Part shown: one piece after another, positions 23,827 through 33,450 of the stretch
How the letters are laid out: every line of letters starts with the position of its first letter
Numbering within the stretch: the first letter of the stretch is position 1
Source: Squalus acanthias
Lineage: Eukaryota
Length of the DNA stretch: 64,000 nucleotides
NCBI GenBank assembly: GCA_030390025.1
Contig: CM059438.1
Span: forward strand, 35,650,001-35,714,000
Direction of reading: 5' to 3'
Notes under the pieces: generated by a model
What the model saw: the letters and a program-made list of their open reading frames with translations, nothing else
The model's database searches: none
Told to the model about the DNA's origin: nothing
Translations under genes and position numbers: made by a program

Positions 23827-24074
23827 CAACTTAGAGCTGCAGAATTACAGGAAAACGGAGGGTTTCTGTCCATCATTGTTTCAATATGTACAAATGTGCC
23901 AAAGTATTAACTGATCAGTGGGTTTATTTGGAATGGATTGTAATAACCTGGCACTTAAACGGGCCGGGGCGGCTCATTGCTCATGATGGCCATACTCTCG
24001 AGCTGCGGCAAAGGGTATTTGTGGTTCTGTAATTAAATTTAAGAGCAATCAGATTAGAATTAAATAAATACAGC

Positions 24075-24091
24075 AGTTCAACCAAGGGGCA
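24075..24091 (+). promoter_or_regulatory. DR5-like RARE (one mismatch)
   Basis: AGTTCA-accaa-GGGGCA. Confidence 0.45.
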
Positions 24092-24306
24092 GCGGAGTTG
24101 TATTTTGTTTGTACATTTCGGTCATTTCCAGGAACCCAATACCTTCCTTTAAGAGCAACAAGTCGGATTGCCATTCTGCCTTGCAGACGGGTACATACAT
24201 TGCGCCGGGTTATAGCCGCTGTAAATGTACCTATAAAACTGTGGGTGGCAACGGCGACCGTGTTTACTTTCTGATATAACCTTGCTTTTCCACTGCTTTG
24301 CCTGGC

Positions 24307-24323
24307 TGACCTGGGTTTGAACC
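24307..24323 (-). promoter_or_regulatory. Consensus DR5 RARE, 1.3 kb upstream of the cyp26a1 ATG
   Basis: TGACCT-gggtt-TGAACC, which reads GGTTCA n5 AGGTCA on -. Confidence 0.65.
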
Positions 24324-25447
24324 TCGAGCTAGCACGGGATCATAATTTTAGGAATTCACATCTGAATGACGTTGTAGTTATGTTCTCACAGTTACCCAAA
24401 GGCACGGTTTAATCTGCAGTCGGGGGTGAACGCCAGGCCAGGCTGTTATTCTAGATAACTGTCACTCAGCCCCTGCGCCACGTCAACGCGAAACTTGGCT
24501 CCACGACAATGACATAATTAATCTTTACATCAGCCAGAGCCCTTCGAACCAGGGGCGGGCGGAGGCAGGAACCCACCCACAACAAAACTCTTGGACTCTC
24601 CGCCCGGGTTTTAGCAGGAAATCGTGCAGAATACTTTTTTAAAAATCGCAACCCGAATGTGTTATTAAATCTCAGGTCCAGCCCATTATCACAGCATGTA
24701 ATCCTCATGGAGATGAGCGAGCCGAGGTGACCACGGGGCATCGGATATTAACCGTAACTTTTGAACTATATTCAACACACTATCGAGATGAGCAGATTTC
24801 AGCTCTGCTAAATGACTTTTCAGATTTACATTCTTAAATATCCGAAGAGACGTTACGTTGCCCGTGTCTTGATACACGTGGCCATTAAGACATCATTACA
24901 TGATTAGGTGCGACCGGGGTCAGCGTGACAAGTCTTAGTACAATCTTCAATTTAAGGCATGCTTTTATAAAACCGTTCCATATGCTGAGGTTCAATACAA
25001 CGCAAGTGCTGCTCAGTGCGGTAAATGTAAATGTGACCACTCACAGTCTATGGGCCAGTTGCCAATTTGCGGGTTATGTATATCATAAGGGACACATTAC
25101 AAACTTAATCAAACAATTAAATTGGGCCACGGGAGCACTATAAAGAATGGAGTACTTTTCTCTCAAAGACAGGTATCCCTGCCCTTACATTGATGAGCTG
25201 TAATGTGTTCTCCTCCCTTCTGACCTCAATGATCGTTTCCATACACTTGAGCTCCTCCCCCCCAAAATATTTCATCGAGTCTCCCGAGCCACGTATCACG
25301 GGCTGGATCATAAATCGAGGTGATCAGAAACTCATGCTGTCCTTTATGGATAGCTCCACTTCTGGCTAACAATGGGTTAAAGATTTTTGGGCAGCGTCAC
25401 TGAAACAGGCGGAGTCAGAGGGATGGCACAATCTACACAATTAAAGA

Positions 25448-25464
25448 TGAACTTTGTGTGAACT
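25448..25464 (-). promoter_or_regulatory. Proximal cyp26a1 DR5 RARE (R1)
   Basis: TGAACT-ttgtg-TGAACT inside caattaaagaTGAACTttgtgTGAACTaatt..ctgaccaaggtaa, the conserved vertebrate CYP26A1 R1 context, about 45 nt upstream of the TATA-like box. Confidence 0.92.
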
Positions 25465-25507
25465 AATTTAACTGACCAAGGTAAGAGGGGCTGAGACCTG
25501 GAGTGGT

Positions 25508-25513
25508 TATAAG
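25508..25513 (+). promoter_or_regulatory. TATA-like box of cyp26a1
   Basis: TATAAG between R1 and the ATG at 25636. Confidence 0.65.
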
Positions 25514-25635
25514 GAGGCTTGAACCTGGAGTGTGAGCATTTGGGAGCCTCACTCGCCTCATCCTGAGAACAGCAATACTTACAGGCTGAGGGTGTCCTGA
25601 GGGAAGAACTGAGAGGAGGTCCTGCTGCTGTTAAG

Positions 25636-25824
25636 ATGGTCTTATTTACACTTTGTGCTACTTTCTTGTGCACTTTCGTGCTGCCGCTGTCGCTCTTCCT
25701 CGCCGCGGTGAAGCTGTGGGAAGTTTACTGTATAAGTGGAAGGGACCCCAGCTGTGAAAACCCCCTCCCTCCGGGCTCCATGGGGCTGCCGTTCCTGGGA
25801 GAGACTCTCCAGCTGGTCCTGCAG
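25636..25824 (+). CDS. cyp26a1: Cytochrome P450 26A1 exon 1 (membrane anchor, Pro-rich hinge)
   Basis: MVLFTLCATFLCTFVLPLSLFLAAVKLWEVYCISGRDPSCENPLPPGSMGLPFLGETLQLVLQ|gtgagg; 189 nt. Confidence 0.96.
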
Positions 25825-26396
25825 GTGAGGAGGTTCACTTATTTCAAAATAACTCGACTTTTTTTTCCCAAATCTAGGGGCCATGTCAAAATCCGTGACT
25901 TCCTCTGAGAGAAACCGAGAGCGAAGCGGTAAAAGTTGACAATAAGAATAGAAAATATATTTTTAGAAAAGAGAGGATGAGAACAAATTGCAACCTTGGG
26001 AGAGAAAACAGGTAGGCACTGCTCAGCTCTGATCGAGGCGTCCAGTATCTTTGGAGAATTGCATTCCAGTGTGTCGTCATTAATAAGAGCGCAGGCATTT
26101 AACAGCAAGCGTCGCTGTGCAGAAAAAAAACAGCAACTTGGCTTGTTTGAATGGCTGCCAAACTGATTTATTTCGCACCGTGCGCCAGGTTAGCCTTGCT
26201 GGAAGTTTGATGCGGGGCTGTCACTGGTATCAAGCTGCAGCGGAAGTATTCTAAAAGCAGTTTAAAACGTTTTCTTCCGCAGGTTTAGAAATCGCACAAA
26301 TTATGCAGCAACCTGAACACTAACCCCCCAGAAGTGCCCCCCCCCCTCCCCGAGTATTAATCGCACCCTAACCGATTAACCTGTATCCATTTACAG

Positions 26397-26621
26397 AGAT
26401 ACAAGTTCCTTAAGATGAAAGTACGAAAGTACGGCCACATCTACAAGACGCATCTTTTCGGGAGCCCGACTGTGCGGATCATGGGAGCTGAGAATGTGAA
26501 GCATATTTTATTAGGGGAACACAAGCTGGTGTCGGTGCAGTGGCCCGCCTCGGTGAGGACGATCCTGGGAGCCGGCTGCCTGTCCAGCCTGCACGATTCC
26601 GAGCACAAACACAGGAAGAGG
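26397..26621 (+). CDS. cyp26a1: CYP26A1 exon 2
   Basis: ttacag|RYKFLKMKVRKYGHIYKTHLFGSPTVRIMGAENVKHILLGEHKLVSVQWPASVRTILG...HKHRKR|gtaagt; 225 nt. Confidence 0.96.
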
Positions 26622-26976
26622 GTAAGTGCACACTTTCCACATCTGACCCATTAACCGAGAAAGGTTGCTGTCTAAAAGACTTCGCGGATCAAGCGTCTTG
26701 CAGTTTGCAAACTTCTAGCCTTTGAATCTCAGGCTGAACAAGAGTAAGAATAGGAAATCCCACAGAATCATTGGCATTAACCCATGAGTAGAAAAGTCCA
26801 ATTAGGCAGTGCTGGAGTCAGAAGTGCTCATTTAATAGTCAGTTGCATATTACATTCATTTTAAAAGTGGCTTCTTTTAAGTTCTTTTTAAAATACAAAA
26901 CTGAGAGTTTATTTTCAATGTAGAAAGAGGGGAATTGGTGCTGGTTTAATCAGATGTTTTAATTTTTTTTTAATAG

Positions 26977-27261
26977 GTGATTTTGAAAGCTTTCTCCCGA
27001 GAAGCTCTCGAGAACTACATTCCAGTGATGGGCGAGGAGATCAGGGCCGGGGTGAGGCGATGGCTGGAGAGCGGCCCCTGTGTGCTGGTTTACCCCGAGA
27101 TGAAGCGCCTCATGTTCGGGATCGCGATGCGGATCCTGTTGGGCTTCGAACCCACGCAGACCAGCCGGCAGACACAGCAGCAGCTCATCGAGGCTTTCGA
27201 GGAAATGATTCGCAACCTCTTCTCACTGCCCATCGACGTGCCGTTCAGCGGCTTATACCGG
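26977..27261 (+). CDS. cyp26a1: CYP26A1 exon 3
   Basis: taatag|VILKAFSREALENYIPV...VYPEMKRLMFGIAMRILLGF...FEEMIRNLFSLPIDVPFSGLYR|gtaaga; 285 nt. Confidence 0.96.
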
Positions 27262-27425
27262 GTAAGATCCGGAGTCAAGATTACAAAAAGGGAGGGAGGG
27301 AGGGGATTGGGGCCGGGTAAATGGAGTGCAGGTTTTTGCTCCAATAGGAACTAAAGCACGGGAGACTGAAGAATGTAACCTTTAAATGGCGGGGTAACAA
27401 TGAGTGTGCCGTTATTTGGTGACAG

Positions 27426-27575
27426 GGGCTGAAGGCGAGGAATGTTATCCACGCAAAAATCGAAGAGAACATCAGGAAAAAGGTGGCGAAACGCGAGGCC
27501 ACGGGCCAGTTCAAGGATGCTCTGCAGCTTCTGATCGAACACTCAGAAAAGAGTGACCAACCCCTGCGTTTACAG
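27426..27575 (+). CDS. cyp26a1: CYP26A1 exon 4
   Basis: gacag|GLKARNVIHAKIEENIRKK...KDALQLLIEHS...LQ|gtaaag; 150 nt. Confidence 0.95.
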
Positions 27576-27584
27576 GTAAAGCTA

Positions 27585-27875
27585 CTGCCCCTACCCCAGA
27601 ACACTGCCCCAGAACACTGCCCCACCCCCGCCCCTTCCCCAGATCATTACCCCAGAACCCTGACCCTTCCCTATAACACTGCCCCATCCCTGCCCATTGC
27701 CCCAGAACATTGCCCTTCCCCAGAACACTGTCCTTTCCCCAGAACACTGCCTATGCCTCAGATCATTACCCCAGAACATTGACCCCCAGATCATTACCCC
27801 AGAACATTGCCCCTGTCCCAGAACACTGTCCCTGCCCCAGACCATTTTCCTAGACCCAAACCCAGAACACTGCTC
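27585..27875 (+). repeat. C-rich degenerate minisatellite (cccagaacactgcc) in cyp26a1 intron 4
   Basis: More than ten cccagaacac/cccagatcat units starting right after the donor site. Confidence 0.85.
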
Positions 27876-28245
27876 AATAACTAACGCAACTCCTGATTTT
27901 ACACCGCAGTTGAACAAACTTAATATACACCATTTTTTAAAGCAACGACGGGTTAAATGTTTTTCGTTCTTTAAATGTTTAAATCCCAGTGAGGAGTCTC
28001 ACTCCGGCTTCCTTCATCCTGCGGCAATGCGCAATGTCCAGATGAGAAATGCCATCGACTCCGTGCACACGGCCCTGCTACCCGGTGGCTTCACGGGTGC
28101 AAATTGCAGAACATTTGCAGCAGTGGCAATCTTTGGGATCATTGACGATCTTCAAGCGCAGTCTCTACTACAGGAGGTTCAGTGCCGGCACTCTTGGAAC
28201 GTGCCTGATGTGTGTGTTTTGTTTTCTCTCCCTTTTTATTTGAAG

Positions 28246-28380
28246 GAGCTGAAGGAATCTGCCACCGAGCTCCTGTTTGGAGGACACGAGACGACAGCCA
28301 GCACCGCCACCTCCCTGGTCACTTTCCTGGCCCTGCACCCTGAAGTGCTGCAAAAAGTCAGAGGGGAATTGCAGGAGCAG
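28246..28380 (+). CDS. cyp26a1: CYP26A1 exon 5 (I-helix)
   Basis: ttgaag|ELKESATELLFGGHETTASTATSLVTFLALHPEVLQKVRGELQEQ|gtaagg; 135 nt. Confidence 0.96.
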
Positions 28381-28569
28381 GTAAGGCATCGCATACCAGT
28401 CAGAGCTCACTGCACATTCCCAGCCTCACATCCATCCCCTTGATCGGATTCCTTGGGTTGCACGGATTTGCAACAACCAAAATCCATTAGCAGCAAATTG
28501 AGAGTAATTTAAGCACCAATCCCGGATTTTGTTTTTGGTTTTAAATGTGGCTTCTCAATGGATTTGCAG

Positions 28570-28725
28570 GGATTACTGAGCAGCGACGCTAAAGAGAACA
28601 AACAAATCACCATTGAAGTCCTGGAACAACTTAAGTATACCGGAAGCGTCATCAAAGAAACTCTTCGACTGAGTCCCCCGGTCCCCGGAGGATTCCGCGT
28701 GGCCCTAAAGACCTTCGTGTTAAAT
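28570..28725 (+). CDS. cyp26a1: CYP26A1 exon 6 (K-helix ExxR)
   Basis: ttgcag|GLLSSD...LEQLKYTGSVIKETLRLSPPVPGGFRVALKTFVLN|gtaagc; 156 nt. Confidence 0.96.
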
Positions 28726-29257
28726 GTAAGCGGAAATTTCAGAGTCAGAAATAAGCGTTCTGTGAAACATTGGAGCCGTTTGAAACCTTTACAGCAGTCA
28801 CCCTAAAGCAATTCCCTGCGTACATTTAGAAAAAAAATCAGAATTATCCCACAATTGATTTTACAATACCTCCAGACTTTGTAATGTTTAATTAATAATC
28901 GTAAATATCGCCAATAGGTTTTAAGCGGGTCTCCACCACTTTGCATGGGCAACAATTAGGCATTCCTGCAGCCGTCGCAAGCTACAAACGATTTCCCTCT
29001 GCAGTATCAAGCAACATGAGAATCTAATTAAACCGTTCGTAGTTCAGCGATTACACCGAGTGCCCAGGAGGAATCATTGGCAGCACTATGGGATGGCACT
29101 GGTAGTCTAGTTCCATAGCTCCAGCTTTTTCGGTCCAGATACTGAGAGTTGCGGGGGGGGGGGGGGTGGTGTCTGCGAACGTGTTTTGATTTAACCCATT
29201 TATGTTTAAACGATGGATTGGACGATCGGATCGATTGGGAAGATTCTGAACAGCAAG

Positions 29258-29271
29258 AGTTCACAAGGTCA
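29258..29271 (+). promoter_or_regulatory. Consensus DR2 RARE in cyp26a1 intron 6
   Basis: AGTTCA-ca-AGGTCA. Confidence 0.6.
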
Positions 29272-29482
29272 TTTACATTAAGAGGCCGATAACATCGGAT
29301 CATTAATTCGCAGCCAATTTCATGCCCATCCTTTAGACCCCCACAGCCTACTAATGGGGACTGTATATGGCTCCAATAACACACCTGAGCTATTAGGAAA
29401 CAATTCACTTCAATTCCAAGGTGTATGATAGTATAAATATCACAATCCTTACAACAGAATTTATAAAAAGTGCTGGATTGTA

Positions 29483-29756
29483 GAAACATAGAAAAATAGG
29501 AGCGGGAGTAGGCCATTCGGCCCTTCGAGCCTGCTCCGCCATTCAATATGATCATAGCTGATCCTCTACCTCAATACCATATTCCCGCTCTCTCACCATA
29601 CCCCTTGATGCCTTGTGTCTAGAAATCTATCTCCTTCTTAAATATATTCAGTGACTTGGCCTCCACAGCCCTGTGGGGTAGAGAATTCCACAGGTTCACC
29701 ACCCTCTGAGTGAAGAAATTTCTCATCTCAGTCCTAAATGTCCTACCCCTTATCCG
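29483..29756 (-). mobile_element. CR1-type LINE 3' fragment
   Basis: gaaacatagaaaaataggagcgggagtaggccattcggcccttcgagcc...gagaattccacaggttcaccaccctctgagtgaagaaatttctc. Confidence 0.8.
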
Positions 29757-29813
29757 AGATAAATTGTAGATAAATATATTACGTTAAAATAATCAAGTCA
29801 ATTTCATTTCCAG

Positions 29814-30158
29814 GGATATCAGATACCAAAAGGCTGGAATGTGATTTACAGTATCTGTGACACACATGATGTAGCCACAAATTTCTCGAAGAAGGAAGAG
29901 TTTAACCCGGATCGCTTCATGGAGGGCTGTCCGGAGAAAGATTCCTGCAGATTCAGCTACATCCCATTCGGCGGAGGCTCCAGGAGCTGTGTGGGCAAAG
30001 AGTTCGCCAAGATCCTGCTCAAGATCTTCACCGTGGAGCTGGTCAGGGCTTGCGACTGGGAACTTTTAAACGGACCTCCTACAATGAAAACTAACCCCAC
30101 CGTATACCCAGTGGACAACCTGCCCACAAAATTCACACCGTTCCCATACACAATCTGA
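29814..30158 (+). CDS. cyp26a1: CYP26A1 exon 7 (heme-binding), stop TGA
   Basis: ttccag|GYQIPKGWNVIYSICDTHDVA, FNPDRF, heme motif FGGGSRSCVG and PTVYPVDNLP. The seven exons sum to 494 aa; all introns are phase 0 and GT-AG. Confidence 0.97.
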   Translation, partial: GYQIPKGWNVIYSICDTHDVATNFSKKEEFNPDRFMEGCPEKDSCRFSYIPFGGGSRSCVGKEFAKILLKIFTVELVRACDWELLNGPPTMKTNPTVYPVDNLPTKFTPFPYTI

Positions 30159-30664
30159 CCTTTTCACAACACCCCGGGACTCTGCAGAGCCACCGCCTCA
30201 CCATTAGCGGCCCCCGGCCTTTCCCGTAGTGTTCCAGTCAGTGTACCAAGATGTGGGGGGAGGGGGAAGGAATATTCTTCAGGAAGTCATGAAACTGGCA
30301 AAAGCTTCAATCCCATTTTTAAATGGTAGTTTCGTCCGGATCTTGAAGTTGAAAACATTTCTCCCACAATTGTTGTTGCCTGTTTTTCCGCAGTGATTAT
30401 AGAGTCTGACTGTTTCGCACAGCTCACTTGTTTTTTTTTTAAATTAATTCTGTAAATAAGCTATTTTATACTACCGTATTTGTAATCTTCTCAAAACCAC
30501 TGCTTTTAGATTATGAATTATTTAACTACATTGTAGCTTTGTAATGCGACTGCTAATTTATGTTAAGCCTTGGAGTGTAAATATTATAATTTAAAGAACA
30601 GGCTGCCTGGCAAACATTGCAAGTACGTTTCAAGCACTAGGCCATGAATCAGGAGGATACATGG

Positions 30665-30703
30665 TGAGAGAGAGAGAGAGAGAGAGAGTGTGTGTGTGTG
30701 TGT
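30665..30703 (+). repeat. (GA)n(GT)n compound microsatellite in the cyp26a1 3'UTR
   Basis: Directly visible. Confidence 0.9.
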
Positions 30704-30736
30704 CCGTCCCTATATCAGGAATGTTTAACAACACGC

Positions 30737-30742
30737 AATAAA
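30737..30742 (+). terminator. cyp26a1 polyadenylation signal AATAAA
   Basis: First AATAAA found after the stop codon, about 580 nt downstream, following an AU-rich 3'UTR. Confidence 0.7.
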
Positions 30743-30775
30743 AAGGACATGAACCATAGAGCACTAGTGAAACGA

Positions 30776-30781
30776 TTTATT
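30776..30781 (-). terminator. myof polyadenylation signal AATAAA (minus strand)
   Basis: TTTATT on +; the first minus-strand AATAAA found after the myof stop at 31457, about 680 nt downstream. Confidence 0.65.
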
Positions 30782-31294
30782 AGCAGCTAACATTGCAGTT
30801 GTTAAAGTACAGCAACTACGCATTTAAATTACATTATTTTGGTCCAAATTCTTATGCAGCAAAAAGTGGACTGGAAAAAACATTAAACACGGAGCCTTTG
30901 CCTAATGCAACACGATATAACCCTCCGAATGTCAACTGCCGATTTCTTCCATTCCAGTAGGATACATGCAAACCAAGTGGAAGCATTTGTGCTTTTTTCA
31001 TTAAGTACAATTTTGGAAAATATTCTATAAAAATCCCATAATCTGCGTGTCGTGTGTGTTTTAAACCTATATTGTAACAGATTAGCAAACCGACCACCTC
31101 GAATAGCCATGATTTAACACACTTTTCAGCTTAGTTCACCGTTCCAAATACACAAAAAAACCCTGGTATTTCATAACTAGAGAGGCACCTGCTAAACAAA
31201 CAGTCAATTGCGCAAACGCTGGGATAAAACCAGCAGGGTCCTGGTCATCAGGGTCAGCACATTAACATGGAATCACTGATAAACGGCCCAGTCA

Positions 31295-31319
31295 TGACCC
31301 CATGAACCTTGCCTAACCT
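31295..31319 (-). promoter_or_regulatory. Composite DR2/DR5-like RARE 3' of cyp26a1, inside the predicted myof 3'UTR
   Basis: TGACCC-ca-TGAACC (consensus DR2) followed by ttgcc-TAACCT. TGGTCA-tca-GGGTCA lies nearby at 31242-31256. Confidence 0.5.
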
Positions 31320-31456
31320 TGGTAAATGTAGATCTTGTCACCCTCCTAACCTCAGTCCATTTCTACCCTTAAGGCCACGAGGTTGTAGACATATGAAATG
31401 AATGTTCCTGGACCAGCTATACAACAGAGTCGCTGCTGCGGGAGGACGAGCCAATC

Positions 31457-31498
31457 TTACATTCCTCTAGGATTCACAATTCGCATGGATAGGTAGTT
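31457..31498 (-). CDS. myof: Myoferlin terminal coding exon (NYLSMRIVNPRGM*)
   Basis: Acceptor tcttccacag|AAC TAC CTA TCC ATG CGA ATT GTG AAT CCT AGA GGA ATG TAA. Matches the MYOF C-terminus NYLSMKIVKP; phase 0 fits the upstream exon. Not in the ORF track. Confidence 0.9.
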   Translation of the reverse strand, partial: NYLSMRIVNPRGM

Positions 31499-32289
31499 CT
31501 GTGGAAGATAATAAGATTAGTAAAAGTGAATACCGTGAAGTGCTATTTAAGTTTGAACTTACAAACATCTCCTCATTTAATAGTTCTCAAAAGCAGCAAC
31601 ACATTTTCCAGCATATCCACAGGTCATCTGTTAATTTGACAAGCTCAGATAAAAGCTTATCTAAGACCTGGGTCAAGAATTACATCGGCTGCAGATGGTT
31701 ATCTGAAACACTCAGTAGAACTTTAAAAAAAAATGATTAATAGAAATAAAAGGAAACACGTAGACTTGCTTTTACTCACAATAAAAGGAATATAGCTTCT
31801 GGATTCAATTTCACCTTTCCATGACCTCAGAGTTGGTGGCCAAACACCATCTCCTGAGCCACATGTGGCTCTTCACACCTACCTGCACATTCAATCGAAG
31901 TGCACACTTGGTATTAAGGGTGCACTCACACACTGGGGCCAATTTCTCTCTGAATTGCACCCATGTGTGTCCAGGTCCATTTCTGTGCCACAACAGAGGA
32001 AGATGGGGCAGAAACCAGTTACACCTGGTTACTTCTCTGCTTCATGGTACTTCAGGTTGGAGTTTGAGTTTCACTGCGACTAAAAATAGGCATTTCTATT
32101 TGAATTGAGATTTTTGATGCACAGGTTTCATCCGTTAGACCAGGTGCCGTGTGACAGTAAAAACTTCATCTCAGAATTTATTAGCACCTCTTATGCTAAT
32201 CTGCAGAGATCCAAGGCACTTTCCATCACACCAGCCTTTACAGTCACCAGATCAACTTCTGTCATTTCCTCCACCATGCACATTTTCAC

Positions 32290-33450
32290 CTTCCCTCCCC
32301 ACTATTCCCTTCAGGATATCCTTGTTCAATCTTCCACTAGTCCAAATTCCACCTGGCCTTCCCCAAGCAACAGCACCAGATACACCACCACTTGACTTCT
32401 CCCACACCATTGTCCAGGACACCAAACACTCCTTCAATGCTAGACAGCGTGTACTTCCTTCGATCTAGTACTCTATATTCACTGTTCCTCATCCACATCA
32501 ACTTTTCTGCAGTCTTTTCCATGGTGGACCAGACCATCCTCCTCTTCGGTCTTTCCATTGTCCAGCTCAATGGGACTTCCCTCGCTTAGTTCTACTCTTA
32601 TCTAGGCAAGTTTAGCGCAAGGATCTCCAACAATGACTTCTGTTCCCATTCTATTACATCTGCAGTCTCCCAAAGATCTATCCTTGGGCCCCTCCTTTTC
32701 CACATGTACACACTGCCCCTTGAGTCATCATCATCTGAAGTCATGGGGTCAGGTTCCATGTGCACACTGGTGGCACCCAGCTCTACCACTATCTCGCTCA
32801 ACCCTTCCACTGTCTCAGTATTGTCTGACTGCTTGTCTGAGCCACTTCTGGAGGAGTCTCAATTTCCTTCAGTTAAAGATTGGAAAGATTGATGCCAGTG
32901 TCTTTGGACTTCTACAAACTCCACAATTTTGCCTCCTCCTAGGTCACAGTCTCAGGTTGAAGCTCACTGTTCACAACTGTGGTGAGTTTCCAACCCCATA
33001 TCCTCTATGACAAAGATTGTCCACATGCACCTCCATACATCGCATGTCTCTGCCCCTGCATAAGCCCCTAAGCTGCCCAAACCCTTATCCATGCTTTTGT
33101 TACTATTCCAATGCTATTCTGGCCAGCCTCCCATCCTTCAACTTCAGCTTATCCAAAACTCTGCTACTAGTATCCTATCCTGCACCAAATTCCACTCACC
33201 CATCACTCCTGTGCTTGGTGACCTACACTGGCTCCCGATCCCCCAACGCCTCAAACTTAAAATTCTCAGCCTAGTGTTCAAATCCCTACATAGCCTCCCC
33301 ATTTCTGTAACCTAAAGCCTACAACCCTCAGAAATTTCCCTTCCTCCAACTCTGGCCTCCTATGCATCCCCAAATCCTTTGTCCTCACCATTAGTGGCTG
33401 TGCCTTCAGTCATCTAGGCCCAAAGTTCTGGAATTATTCAAAACCTCTCC
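32290..33450 (+). mobile_element. Degraded L2 LINE (RT/C-terminal region); L2-type tail also at about 34132-34280
   Basis: Remnants FSAVFSMVDQTILL and LQLIQNSATSILSCTKFHSPITPVLGDLHWLPIPQRLKLKIL are typical of L2 ORF2; many frameshifts. Confidence 0.8.

Noticed and set aside
27697-28245. Upstream part of the 248-aa ORF and the overlapping minus-strand ORFs
   Set aside because: Intron 4 minisatellite read-through. Only 28246-28380 is CYP26A1 coding.
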